DNA from: Candidatus Eremiobacteria bacterium
Lineage (GTDB): Bacteria; Vulcanimicrobiota; Vulcanimicrobiia; Vulcanimicrobiales; Vulcanimicrobiaceae
DNA length: 64,000 bases
Reading direction: 5' to 3'
Assembly: GCA_963758295.1 (NCBI GenBank)
Contig: CAVWUU010000001.1
Span: 544,001 to 608,000, forward strand
Shown: positions 51,739-61,594 of the stretch, piece by piece
Layout: each line of letters starts with the position of its first letter
Position numbering within the stretch: the stretch's first letter is position 1
The notes under the pieces: model-generated
The model's database searches: none
Seen by the model: only the letters and a program-made list of their open reading frames with translations
Told to the model about the DNA's origin: nothing
Translations under genes and position numbers: made by a program

Positions 51739-52331
51739 GCTTCAAGCGCCTTCGCCGCGCGTGCCAGGAGCAGTTCGGCGACGAACGCCATCGCTGCAAC
51801 GGCAGCCGACGAGGCGAGAAGCAACGGGAGGTCATTCGTTTGCAAAGCGCGCACGACGTCGTCGCCCAGGCCGCCCGCGCCGATGAATGTTGCGAGCGTC
51901 GCCGACCCGATTACCTCGACGGCCGCAGTGCGTACGCCCGCGAGCGCGACCGGCAAGGCTAATGGAACGACCACGCGCGCGAAGCGCTGTGCAGCCGTCA
52001 TTCCCAATCCGGCCGCAGCGTCCAGCGCCGCCACCGGCACGCCTTCGACGGCCAGTTCAACGTTGATGACGATAGGTGGAAGGGCTAGAACCGTAAGCGC
52101 GACCACCGCCGGCGCAAGTCCGACGCCGAGCCACGGCAACAGCAGCGTGAGCAGCGCAAGGCTCGGGAGGGTCCGGCCAATGGCCGCAGCGCCCAACACA
52201 GCCGGTTTGGCGGTGCGGATCTCCGCCGCCAGAATCCCGAGTGGTACGCCGAGCATGCACGCAGCCAAGAGGGCCTCAAGGGAGATCTCGGCATGCCGCA
52301 AGGCGTGCTGGAGAAGGTCCGCCCACATCAT
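51735..52331 (-). CDS. ABC transporter permease (OpuC/ProW-type)
   Basis: RTLPSLALL, DAAAGLGMT, VIGSATLATFIGAGGLG. Confidence 0.88.
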   Translation of the reverse strand: MMWADLLQHALRHAEISLEALLAACMLGVPLGILAAEIRTAKPAVLGAAAIGRTLPSLALLTLLLPWLGVGLAPAVVALTVLALPPIVINVELAVEGVPVAALDAAAGLGMTAAQRFARVVVPLALPVALAGVRTAAVEVIGSATLATFIGAGGLGDDVVRALQTNDLPLLLASSAAVAAMAFVAELLLARAAKALEA

Positions 52332-52373
52332 TCCTAAGACTTTATCCACAATCCGCAGAAACCATCGGTTCTG

Positions 52374-54479
52374 ATGCTGACGCAACCTGAAGTACCTGTC
52401 GAACAGCCCGGCGTCTCGCTCGACGATCCGTCGCTCTACTTCAGCCGCGAACTCTCGTGGCTCGAGTTCAACGAGCGCGTCCTGGAAGAGGCTCTGGATC
52501 GGAGCAATCCGCTCTTCGAACGGCTCAAGTTCGTGGCGATCTACGGCACGAATCTCGACGAGTTCTTCATGATTCGAGTGGCAGCGATCAAACAGCAAAT
52601 CGAGGCTCAGGTCGTTCGCCGTTCCGAAGACGGCCGCACGCCGGCTGAACACCTCGGCGCTATCTCGGAACGCTTACGAAAATCGTTGGCGGCGCAGATG
52701 CGGGTGCTCAACGACGAACTGCTGCCGGCACTGGAAACGAACAAGATCCGCATTTTGCGCGTCGCCGAGCTCGACGAAGAAACGCAGCTTGCGATGGAAC
52801 GGGTTTTCGACGACCGCCTGTTCCCGGTATTAACCCCGCTTGCGGTTGATAGCGGTCATCCGTTCCCCTACATTTCAAACCTTTCGCTTTCGCTCGCGGT
52901 AGAGCTGGAAGAAGCGACCGCGGACGGCGTGGAGTTGCACTTCGCGCGCGTGAAAATTCCGCCCACGCTTCCGCGGCTCGTTCCCGTCGAGCGTCCAAAC
53001 CCGGAAGAGCGCGCCTTCGTGCTTTTGGAGGACTTGATCGCGCATCATCTCGACGCGCTGTTTCCCGGGATGAGCGTACGCGAGGCGTACGTTTTCCGCG
53101 TTACGCGTGACGCCGATCTCGATCTGCAAGAAGATGAAGCCGACGACTTGTTGCGCGCAATTGAATCGGAGCTGCAGCGCCGCCGCTTCGGAGAACCCGT
53201 GCGGCTCGAAATCGAGCGCGGCATGCCGGAGTACATGCGCGACTTCTTGCTCAACGCGTTGGATCTTTCCGAACTCGATTGTTACGCGGTGGACGGAGTG
53301 ATGGGTCTTGCCGATTTATGGCAGATCGTTAATCTCCCCGATTACGACCAGCTGCGCGATCAGCCGTTCATGCCGGCTATTCCAAAGTCGCTCATCGGCA
53401 AAACGGACCTCTTCGCGCAAATTCGTGAAAACGATTTGCTGCTGCACCACCCGTACGAGTCGTTCGATCCGATCGTGCAATTAGTACAGCAGGCGGCCGA
53501 GGATGACAAAGTTCTCGCCATCAAAGCTACGCTCTATCGCACGTCGGGCAAAAACTCTCCGATCGTTCGCGCGCTGCTCGAAGCGGCGGAAAACGAAAAG
53601 CAAGTCGCGGTCGTCATCGAGTTGAAAGCGCGCTTCGACGAAGAGAACAACATCGACTGGGCAAGACGGCTCGAGCGGGCCGGCGTTCATGTCGTCTACG
53701 GTTTCCCCGAAATGAAGGTCCACGCCAAAACGCTGCTCGTGGTGCGTGAAGAAGACGACGGGATCCGCCGTTACATGCATTTTGGAACCGGTAACTACAA
53801 CGAAAAAACGGGGAAGCTGTACACCGACCTGAGCTTGTTCACGTGCCGGCCTGAGCTTGGTGCCGACGTTACGCAGCTTTTCAACGCGCTAACCGGCTTT
53901 TCGAAGATTACCGACTACGAGGATCTGCTCGTCGCGCCGGTCACCCTGCGTCGTGAGATGCTTGCGATGATCGATCGCGAGACCGAGCACGCTCGCGCCG
54001 GGCGCCCCGCAGGCATTCGCGCCAAACTCAATGCCCTCACCGACGCACAGATCGTGCGCGCGCTCTATCGTGCTTCGCAGGCCGGCGTGTCGGTCGATCT
54101 GCTGGTGCGCGGCATGTGCATCTTGCGCCCCGGCGTTCCCGGGGTGAGCGAATCGATTCGCGTGAAGAGCATCGTCGGCCGGTTCCTGGAGCATTCGCGT
54201 ATTTACGTCTTCGAAAACGGCGGCGACCGCGAAGTCTACATTTCGAGCGCCGACTTGATGGGCCGCAACCTTGACCGCCGCGTCGAACTCGGGGTTCCCG
54301 TCCTCGACCCCGTCGTGGCGGAGACTTTGAATTCGCAGATCCTCTCCGTTCAGCTTGCGGATAACGTCAAATGCCGCGAACTTCAGCCGAGTGGCGTTTA
54401 TAAGCGCCGTACGCCCGGTGCGGGCGAGATGCCCATCGACGCGCAGCGTGTCTTCCTGACGCGCGCCGAAACGCTTTAG
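52374..54479 (+). CDS. ppk1: Polyphosphate kinase 1
   Basis: RELSWLEFNERVL, NLDEFFMIRVA, HPFP, HHPYESF, ELKARFDEENN, HAK, TGNYN, RFLEHSR, SADLM.RNLDRRVE. Confidence 0.97.
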   Translation: MLTQPEVPVEQPGVSLDDPSLYFSRELSWLEFNERVLEEALDRSNPLFERLKFVAIYGTNLDEFFMIRVAAIKQQIEAQVVRRSEDGRTPAEHLGAISERLRKSLAAQMRVLNDELLPALETNKIRILRVAELDEETQLAMERVFDDRLFPVLTPLAVDSGHPFPYISNLSLSLAVELEEATADGVELHFARVKIPPTLPRLVPVERPNPEERAFVLLEDLIAHHLDALFPGMSVREAYVFRVTRDADLDLQEDEADDLLRAIESELQRRRFGEPVRLEIERGMPEYMRDFLLNALDLSELDCYAVDGVMGLADLWQIVNLPDYDQLRDQPFMPAIPKSLIGKTDLFAQIRENDLLLHHPYESFDPIVQLVQQAAEDDKVLAIKATLYRTSGKNSPIVRALLEAAENEKQVAVVIELKARFDEENNIDWARRLERAGVHVVYGFPEMKVHAKTLLVVREEDDGIRRYMHFGTGNYNEKTGKLYTDLSLFTCRPELGADVTQLFNALTGFSKITDYEDLLVAPVTLRREMLAMIDRETEHARAGRPAGIRAKLNALTDAQIVRALYRASQAGVSVDLLVRGMCILRPGVPGVSESIRVKSIVGRFLEHSRIYVFENGGDREVYISSADLMGRNLDRRVELGVPVLDPVVAETLNSQILSVQLADNVKCRELQPSGVYKRRTPGAGEMPIDAQRVFLTRAETL

Positions 54480-54518
54480 CGTTTACGCTGTTCGAAACGT
54501 CGCGCATTTCAATCGAAC

Positions 54519-54989
54519 TTATTCGACGCCGTGCTCGCTTGCGAGTTCCAGGACGATCTTCCACTCCTGGGGCGTGAGCGGTTGAACGGAGAGGCGCTGG
54601 CCGCGCTTCAGTAACGCCATGCCGACTAAGCGTGGTTCGTTACGCATGCGCGCCAGTGTTACGGGATTCTCCAGCGGCTCGACGTACTCGACGTCGACCA
54701 TCATCCAAATCGGTTTGTCCGGCTTAGCGCGCCCATCGTGGTATTCGCTGTTTTTGTCGAACTGCGAGAAATCGGGGTACGCCGTTCGCGCTACCTTGCA
54801 GATGCCGACTGCAGCCGGTTCGGCGATGCTTGAATGGTAGAAGAGCCCCATGTCGCCGGCTTGCATCTCGATCATATTGTTGCGCGCCTGAAAATTACGA
54901 ACGCCGGTCCACGGTGTCGTCTGATCCTTGCGCAACTGCTCGAAGCTATACGCATGCGGTTCGCTCTTGAAAAGCCAATAGCGGGACAT
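54519..54989 (-). CDS. EVE domain protein (THYN1-like)
   Basis: YWLFKSEP, WTGVRNFQARN, FYHS, RLSVQP. Confidence 0.92.
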   Translation of the reverse strand: MSRYWLFKSEPHAYSFEQLRKDQTTPWTGVRNFQARNNMIEMQAGDMGLFYHSSIAEPAAVGICKVARTAYPDFSQFDKNSEYHDGRAKPDKPIWMMVDVEYVEPLENPVTLARMRNEPRLVGMALLKRGQRLSVQPLTPQEWKIVLELASEHGVE

Positions 54990-55020
54990 TAACGGCTCCT
55001 TCTACAATGCGTTCCGGCGT

Positions 55021-56505
55021 ATGATCCGGCGTTTTACGGCGATTGGGCTTTTCGGCTGCCTGCTCCTCGGAGGGCGTGCCGAAGCGGCAGCGCCGCAACA
55101 GCACTGGCTTGTCGTAAGCGACGTCCACTTCGACCCGTTCTCGGATTCACGCATCGTGGGACGCCTCGTCGCTGCTCCGGCCGAACGTTGGCGCAGTGTG
55201 TTTGCAAGCGCCGGTCCCATGCCGTTTTCGAATTATGGAAGCGATACCAACTACCCATTGTTGGAGTCCGCCCTCGAAGGGATGCGTAACGAACTCGCGG
55301 CGCCCGATGTAACGATCGTCTCCGGCGATTTTCTCGCACATGACTTTCGCAAGAAGTTTCAGGCCGCGACGAAGCTCCAGGACGAGCGCTCCTACGATAC
55401 GTTCGTTGATAAGACGATGACGTTTCTCGCGAACGAGTTCGTTACGGCGTTTCCGCACTCGAAATTCTTGCCGGCGATCGGCAACAACGATTCGTATTGC
55501 GGCGATTACGCGAGCGAACCGAACAGTCCGTTCCTCATGCACATGGCGCAGGTGTGGAGCGCCGGCGTCGGCGCGCCCGATGGCAGCTCGTGGCGGACGC
55601 AATTTTCGGCGGGCGGCTATTATACGGTGCCGTTGCCGTTAGCGAACGCTCGCGCGGTCGTCGTCAACGACGTCTTCTGGTCCCAAAAATACACCAATGC
55701 GTGCGGCGATAAGACGTCCGATCCAGGCGGCGATGAAATGAATTGGCTGCGCTCGACGTTGGACGGCACGGGTCCGCGCACCCCGGCTTGGGTGATCGGT
55801 CACATCCCGCCCGGCGTCGACGTCTTTTCGACATTGAGCAACGGCGCCGGCACGAACGGTGTGACGATGATGTTGGCCGAGCGGTTCAACGACGGATTGA
55901 TCGGCGCCATCGACGACGCGCAAGACGTGGTGATGGCGATCGCCGGTCACACGCACATGAATTCGTTCCGCGTCATCGGCCCCAATCCGAGCCGTGCCGT
56001 TACGCCGATGTTCGTAGTCCCGGCGGTAAGCCCGGTCTATTCCAACAACCCGGCTTTTACCACGCTCGACATTGACGGCTCGAGCGCTGCAGTGACGGAT
56101 TCCCGCACGTTTGTCCTCGAGGACCTTTCCGCGCTGGCGAAAGATGGAAGGCGGCCCGCAAAATGGCGCCGCGAATACGATTTCGGCAGCGTCTTCGGTC
56201 ACGGCACGATTGATGCGCCTCGTTTGGAAGACGTGGAGCAGACGATGTTCCGCGACGACCGGGTGCGCATGCGATTCGAGCAGTACTACGATAGCGAGAG
56301 CGGTCGCGTCCCGATAACCGATCCTGTTTGGCGCGCATACTGGTGTGGCAATATCGCTCTCACGCCAACGGCATACACGGCATGCGCGATGCCGCAAATC
56401 CAGCGCTCTATGCCGCCCCAACCGACGCCTCCGCCTACTGCGGTCCCATCGCCAAGCCCGTCGCCGGCAGCGAGCCCGTCGCCGAAAGCGACGGCCCTGC
56501 CGTGA
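55021..56505 (+). CDS. Secreted metallophosphoesterase, acid-sphingomyelinase/Ppn1-like
   Basis: Signal peptide; SDVHFDP, GSDTN, GDFLAHD, GNND, GHIPP, GHTH, PAVSP, NNPAF; Pro/Ser tail. Confidence 0.85.
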   Translation: MIRRFTAIGLFGCLLLGGRAEAAAPQQHWLVVSDVHFDPFSDSRIVGRLVAAPAERWRSVFASAGPMPFSNYGSDTNYPLLESALEGMRNELAAPDVTIVSGDFLAHDFRKKFQAATKLQDERSYDTFVDKTMTFLANEFVTAFPHSKFLPAIGNNDSYCGDYASEPNSPFLMHMAQVWSAGVGAPDGSSWRTQFSAGGYYTVPLPLANARAVVVNDVFWSQKYTNACGDKTSDPGGDEMNWLRSTLDGTGPRTPAWVIGHIPPGVDVFSTLSNGAGTNGVTMMLAERFNDGLIGAIDDAQDVVMAIAGHTHMNSFRVIGPNPSRAVTPMFVVPAVSPVYSNNPAFTTLDIDGSSAAVTDSRTFVLEDLSALAKDGRRPAKWRREYDFGSVFGHGTIDAPRLEDVEQTMFRDDRVRMRFEQYYDSESGRVPITDPVWRAYWCGNIALTPTAYTACAMPQIQRSMPPQPTPPPTAVPSPSPSPAASPSPKATALP

Positions 56506-57818
56506 TTCGAGCGCTCGCATTTTTGGCTATCGTTCTCGCGCTATGCGCGGGCGTCGCACGCGCGGACGAGCGCTGGATCGTGGTCACTGACATCCATCTC
56601 AATCCGTACGATCGTTCGTCGCACGGCCATCGCGGCAGCGATACCAACGAGTCGCTGTGGGCCCTTACGCTTAGCCAATTACGAGACGAACGCCCACCGT
56701 CGGTTGTCGTCATCGGCGGCGACTTTCTTGCGCACCATTTCGATACGCTGGCGCGCAATAACGGAGACGATCCTGACACCGCGGGATTGCGTACGATGAA
56801 AAAGGTGGCCTCGGATTTGTCGCACGTATTTCCGCACGCGCAGTTTCTCATCACCCTGGGGAACAATGACGATCCATGCGGCGACTATCGCAGCGAGACC
56901 GGCGGAAACTTTCAACGGCAACTCGCGTCGACGTTTGAGCCGCTCGTGAATCGAAACGGTTCTTCCCCGGATTTTTCGCGTCAATTCCAGCAAGGCGGAT
57001 ACTACGCCGTTCGTTTGCCCGGAGACCGGCGCGCGCTGGTGCTCAACAGCGTCCTATGGTCTTTCGTGTATCGCGGCGGCTGCAATTCGTCCGGGCGGGG
57101 CGCCGGAAGCAAAGAGCTTTCGTGGTTAGCATCGATGTTGCAAAGCCCGCAGCGCTCCGTGCTCGTGATGCACATGCCGCCCGGTTACGATCCCCAGAGC
57201 ACGACCTCTGCCCACCGCATCGTCGCCGTCCCGTTTCTATCGACGGCGAATAACGGCGACCTGCTTTCGGAAATGCAAGCGGCGTCGGATCATATCTCGT
57301 TTGCAATTGCCGGCCATACGCATCGCTACGACTTCCGCGTAGCCGGCGGCGTTCCGATGCTCGTTGCGTCTTCGATTTCGCCGATCTATCGAAATCAGCC
57401 CGCGTTTTTCGAACTCGACGTTACTTCGAGCGGTGAATTAAAAGACGTCACTCCGGTAACCTACGATCCGTGGGAAGAGACGTGGGATCGCGAAACGTCG
57501 TTCGACGCGCTCTACGGAATCAACGCGTTTACCGCGCCAAATCTCGAGCGGGTTTCGCAACGCATCGGCAGCGATGAAGACGTGCGACGCAAATGGATTG
57601 CCGCGTACGACGTGTGGTCGTACCGCATGGGCGACATTGCCGACCATTCCTGGCGCGTGTATTGGTGCGCGCAGACCGAACTCTCAAGCGGCTACGGCGC
57701 GTGTGCTGGAACGGAGCGGCGAACGACTGGCCTCATTGCCGTCGCAATCGCCGCTGCGCTTCTCGTAATCGGGCTTTTGATGTTACTAATGCGGCGCTTT
57801 ATTGTGGCCCGGAGGTAG
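56502..57818 (+). CDS. Second secreted ASMase/Ppn1-like metallophosphoesterase with C-terminal TM anchor
   Basis: GTGA overlap; signal peptide; TDIH, GSDTN, GDFLAH, GNND, HMPP, GHTH; C-terminal hydrophobic helix followed by RR. Confidence 0.85.
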   Translation: MIRALAFLAIVLALCAGVARADERWIVVTDIHLNPYDRSSHGHRGSDTNESLWALTLSQLRDERPPSVVVIGGDFLAHHFDTLARNNGDDPDTAGLRTMKKVASDLSHVFPHAQFLITLGNNDDPCGDYRSETGGNFQRQLASTFEPLVNRNGSSPDFSRQFQQGGYYAVRLPGDRRALVLNSVLWSFVYRGGCNSSGRGAGSKELSWLASMLQSPQRSVLVMHMPPGYDPQSTTSAHRIVAVPFLSTANNGDLLSEMQAASDHISFAIAGHTHRYDFRVAGGVPMLVASSISPIYRNQPAFFELDVTSSGELKDVTPVTYDPWEETWDRETSFDALYGINAFTAPNLERVSQRIGSDEDVRRKWIAAYDVWSYRMGDIADHSWRVYWCAQTELSSGYGACAGTERRTTGLIAVAIAAALLVIGLLMLLMRRFIVARR

Positions 57819-58653
57819 TGGGCCGCTTCGGGTCGGCAATCCACTCGCTCCACGATCCGGCATAGAGCCGCGAGCCGCGCATGCCGGCGATCTCCATCGC
57901 CAGCATATTCGCGGCGGCGGAAACGCCGGAACCGCATTGATGTACCACGCGTTCGGACGGTCCGATAGATTCGAAACGCCGGCGAAGCTCGTCCGCCGTC
58001 CGAAAGCGTAGATCCGTGCCGTAATTTTCTTTGAACCAGCGGTTGCGCGCGCCCGGAATATGTCCCGCCACCGGATCGATCGTTTCGTTCTGGCCGGCGA
58101 ATCGATCGGCAGCGCGCGCATCCACCAATTGCATCGACCCGGCATCCAGCTGCGAATGTACGTAGTCCGCATCCACGATTAGATCGGGGTGCAGCCGCAC
58201 TTGGAGGTTGCCGAGGCCTTTAGTAAACGACGAAGCGGAAGTGACCGGTTGTCCTGCATTCTGCCAGGCGTAAAAACCGCCGTTGAGAACCGCGACGGCT
58301 TCGTGACCGATCCACCGCCCAAGGACCCACAGACGTGCGGCAAACATGTCGCCGCCGCCGTCGTACGCTACGATCTGCGTGTCATTGGAGACGCCGCAGC
58401 CCCGCAGATAAGCTGCGAATGCTTCCGGATCGGGCAGCGGATGACGTCCGTTCATCCCGCTCTTTTCGCCGGCGAGATCGCTCTCTACGTCGGCGAAGAA
58501 CGCTCCGGGAATGTGCGATTCGGCATAAAGCTTGCGTCCCAGATCCGGGTCCGGTCCGCCCGGAATCGCACTGCGGCAATCGATGACGACCCACTTGGGA
58601 TCGTCACCGTGTTGCGCAAGCGTTTCAATGTCGACGAGCGTGCGATACGCCAT
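57799..58653 (-). CDS. Tandem-domain rhodanese sulfurtransferase (SseA/MST-like)
   Basis: HIPGA, GRHPLP, DARA..RF.G, CGSGVSA, LYAGSWSEW. Confidence 0.92.
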   Translation of the reverse strand: MAYRTLVDIETLAQHGDDPKWVVIDCRSAIPGGPDPDLGRKLYAESHIPGAFFADVESDLAGEKSGMNGRHPLPDPEAFAAYLRGCGVSNDTQIVAYDGGGDMFAARLWVLGRWIGHEAVAVLNGGFYAWQNAGQPVTSASSFTKGLGNLQVRLHPDLIVDADYVHSQLDAGSMQLVDARAADRFAGQNETIDPVAGHIPGARNRWFKENYGTDLRFRTADELRRRFESIGPSERVVHQCGSGVSAAANMLAMEIAGMRGSRLYAGSWSEWIADPKRPTTSGPQ

Positions 58654-58655
58654 GG

Positions 58656-59012
58656 TTAATGCAGATTGATAGTGGTCTTGGGCTGAACTTCGGAACCGAA
58701 CGTTTCTTTCAGAACCGTTTGCAGCTCGCCGTTTTGCGCCATCGGCCCGAGGATGTCGGTGTCGCCGTAAAACTTGCCGTTGATGAACACTTTAGGCAGG
58801 GTCGGCCAGTTGGTCATGTCGGCGAGGACTTCGCGCTTCGGCATATTTTCGAGCACGTCGATAACTTCGAACGGGAAGCCAAAGTGATCGAAAAATTGGA
58901 TCGTTTCCAGCGTGAACCCGCAACGCGGCGCGTCCTTCGTGCCTTTTCCGTACACGAGAATTTTGTTCGCGGCGATTTCGCGTTCGATTTCTGATTGCAA
59001 TTGATCTGACAT
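58656..59012 (-). CDS. grxD: Monothiol glutaredoxin (Grx4-like)
   Basis: KGT..APRCGFT, WPTLPKVFI.G.F.G..DI; AGGA RBS. Confidence 0.85.
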   Translation of the reverse strand: MSDQLQSEIEREIAANKILVYGKGTKDAPRCGFTLETIQFFDHFGFPFEVIDVLENMPKREVLADMTNWPTLPKVFINGKFYGDTDILGPMAQNGELQTVLKETFGSEVQPKTTINLH

Positions 59013-59016
59013 ATTC

Positions 59017-59253
59017 CTAGCCTTCGGTGGTGACGGTTTTGAGTTCGACCGCGTGGACGCGGCCGTCTTTGAGCGCGCCGCGAAGCGCACTGTAAACGAG
59101 TTGATGCTGTTCGATGAGCGTCCGTCCGGCGAAGTCGCGCGAGCGCACGGTGACGTTGAAATGATCCATCGTTCCGGTACGGTCGTAGACGTCTACGTCG
59201 GCATCGGGAATTTGCGCACGGATCAGTGCGGTAAGAGAGTCGTTATCGATCAT
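59017..59253 (-). CDS. BolA family protein
   Basis: DHF.V.V.S..FAG..LIEQHQLVY.AL, VHAVELKT. Confidence 0.9.
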   Translation of the reverse strand: MIDNDSLTALIRAQIPDADVDVYDRTGTMDHFNVTVRSRDFAGRTLIEQHQLVYSALRGALKDGRVHAVELKTVTTEG

Positions 59254-59262
59254 GCTTTCTTG

Positions 59263-59514
59263 CTACGGGTTCAAGCGGGGACGGTCGCCATGCAACGTTT
59301 CTGCCAACCCGCGTGCCTCGCGCAGGGTTTCCGGCAGACGGGCGGCACTGCGCGATAGCATAGCGGCTACGCCGCCCGCAATCACGATACCCGTAACTCC
59401 GACTAATATCGCCGGGACGCCCGTTGCGCGGACGGGACCGATCTGGATCGTGAAGGTCTCTTGCGTGCGTCGGATGCCCTTGAACAAGGCGCGCACGATT
59501 CCAGTTTTCGGCAT
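59263..59514 (-). CDS. Small membrane protein
   Basis: One TM (GVPAILVGVTGIVIAGGVAAML), upstream of and co-oriented with bolA. Confidence 0.6.
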   Translation of the reverse strand: MPKTGIVRALFKGIRRTQETFTIQIGPVRATGVPAILVGVTGIVIAGGVAAMLSRSAARLPETLREARGLAETLHGDRPRLNP

Positions 59515-59589
59515 GCCGCGGTTTTCGCCGCGCAATAGAGGAAACTCCCACGTCCGTAGCAACTGAGTTTCACCGTCATGCCTTCGAAG

Positions 59590-60589
59590 ATGCGCGCGGT
59601 CCGGTTGTACGAAATCGGGGGTCCGCAAAAACCTCAGGATCGACGAGATGCAACGGCCGGAGCCGGCTGCCGGCGAAGTCCTAGTCCGGATTCAAGCAGC
59701 CGCCTTTAACCGGCGCGATATTTTCATCACCCAAGGCCTCTATCCGAATATCGCGCTTCCGCGCACGCTAGGCTCGGACGGTGCGGGCGTTGTGGAGGCT
59801 GTCGGCGATGGGGTCGTCGGTTTCGTCAGGAGCGACGAAGTCGTCATCGATCCCACGATGGGTTGGGGCGACAATCCCCACGTGTGGAGTTCCGAAGCGA
59901 CGATTCTCGGCATGCCGCGCGACGGCACATTCGCGCAGTACGTCAGCGTGCCGCGTGAAAACATTCGCATCAAACCGGTTGAACTCTCGATGGAACAGGC
60001 TGCGGCGATTCCCCTCGCCGGACTAACCGGATATCGCGCCGTGCACACACGCGGCGACTTGAAACCCGGCGAAACGGTGTTGCTGCCCGGCATCGGCGGG
60101 GGCGTGCAAACAATGGCGCTTCTTTTCGCGAAAAAAGCCGGCGCTCGCGCGATCGTTACCTCGGGCGACGATGAAAAGCTCGAGAAAGCTCGCGCGCTCG
60201 GCGCCGATGAAACGCTAAACTATTCAAGCGATCCCGATTGGCATAAAACGCTGCGCAAGCTTGGCCCGGTCGATCTGGTGGTCGATTCTTCGGGAGGCGA
60301 TACGTTGAATAAGGTGCTCGGCGCGATGCGCCCCGGCGGCCGCATAGTAATCTACGGCGGAACGCGCATCGAATCGACGTTCCGGCTGTTTCCACTGTTC
60401 TGGAACCACATCGACATCCGCGGTACGTCCATGGGGAGTCCGCAGGATTTCACGAAGATGCTCGAGCTTTTCGAAGGCGGATTAAAACCTGCCATAGACC
60501 GCGTCTACCCGTTGGACGACGCCGCCGCAGCCGCCGAGCGCATGGCTTCGAGCGACCAGTTCGGAAAGATCGTGCTGCGCGTCGATTAG
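59590..60589 (+). CDS. Zinc-binding dehydrogenase/quinone oxidoreductase (MDR family); indel in A-run near 59630
   Basis: MRAVRLYEIGGP N-terminus one frame off; GSDGAG, GTFAQYV, AAAIPLAGLT, GIGGGV, FGKIVL. Confidence 0.88.
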
Positions 60590-60676
60590 CCGGTTCTAAC
60601 GGTGGCCGCCGCTATCGGCGGCAGCACGGCAAGGAAGTAGAAGGCAGCGATCCTTCCAGACCCAAAAGCGCGCTTC

Positions 60677-61594
60677 TCAAGAGAGAGTGTACGTGTAAAT
60701 CGTGTCGAGTTGAAGCATCGCGCCGAGCTCCGCTTCGACGACGGCGGCATGCTCTTCGCCGACGATCGTTGCCCACGGAGGGTTCATGATCGTTCGTTCG
60801 ATGTCGGTCATTGCTCGTGTGACGGGTTCCGCGTGTACGCGGCTTTCATCTTGAAGCGCCAAAAGATAGGCCAGCATTTGGCGCGCCATCGCGGCCCATA
60901 ACTGCGAGCGCTCGTCGCCGTAAATTCTGCGGACGAGTTGGGGAATCGTTTGCGGGCCTTCTTGCAAAGCCGTGAGCAATTCCGCTTCGCGTGTTTGGCG
61001 ATGCGCGATGTACTCGGCAATTTTTGCTTGGGCATCTTCAACAACGGGTCCGTGCCCGCCGTAAATGCGTTGGGCTTCCGGAAACTCTTTCGCTAGTCGT
61101 GCGAGAGTTTTCTGATAGGGGCGCATCGCGCCGCCGGGCGGCGCAATCACAACGGTGCCTTCGCCTAAGATCACGTCGCCCGTGAATAACGCGCGCTCGC
61201 GCGGTTCGTGAAAGATCACGTGATCGAACGTATGGCCCGGCGCGTCTATGATCTCCAGTTCAAGGGCCGAGATGCGAAGGATCGCCTCGAGCGGAAGATC
61301 GCGGTCGTGTTGCACCTCGGAATGCGGATGCGCGTAAACCGGTGCGCCGCTTCGTGCAGCAAGGAGCGCCGCGCCCGGAGCGTGATCCGGATGGCCGTGC
61401 GTGAGTGCGATCGCGGTAATCCGCAGTCGACGTTGCGCCGCGTTTGCCATGATGGCGTCGATGTGCTTTTCCATGGCCGGTCCCGGATCGATAGCGAGCG
61501 CTTCACCATGGCCGGCATCGATGACGTACGAATTCGTGCCGGTCAACGTCATCGGAGATGGATTTTTCGCGCGAACGAGCGCGATCGCGCTCAC
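60677..61594 (-). CDS. MBL-fold metallohydrolase (LACTB2-like)
   Basis: NPSPMTLTGTNSY, IDPGP, THGHPDH, PGHT, FTGD, GHG, HR..RE. Confidence 0.9.
   Translation of the reverse strand: MSAIALVRAKNPSPMTLTGTNSYVIDAGHGEALAIDPGPAMEKHIDAIMANAAQRRLRITAIALTHGHPDHAPGAALLAARSGAPVYAHPHSEVQHDRDLPLEAILRISALELEIIDAPGHTFDHVIFHEPRERALFTGDVILGEGTVVIAPPGGAMRPYQKTLARLAKEFPEAQRIYGGHGPVVEDAQAKIAEYIAHRQTREAELLTALQEGPQTIPQLVRRIYGDERSQLWAAMARQMLAYLLALQDESRVHAEPVTRAMTDIERTIMNPPWATIVGEEHAAVVEAELGAMLQLDTIYTYTLS

Noticed and set aside
54519..54989. EVE domain as part of a modification-dependent restriction/defence system
   Set aside because: Standalone THYN1-like EVE with no adjacent nuclease, toxin or methylase.
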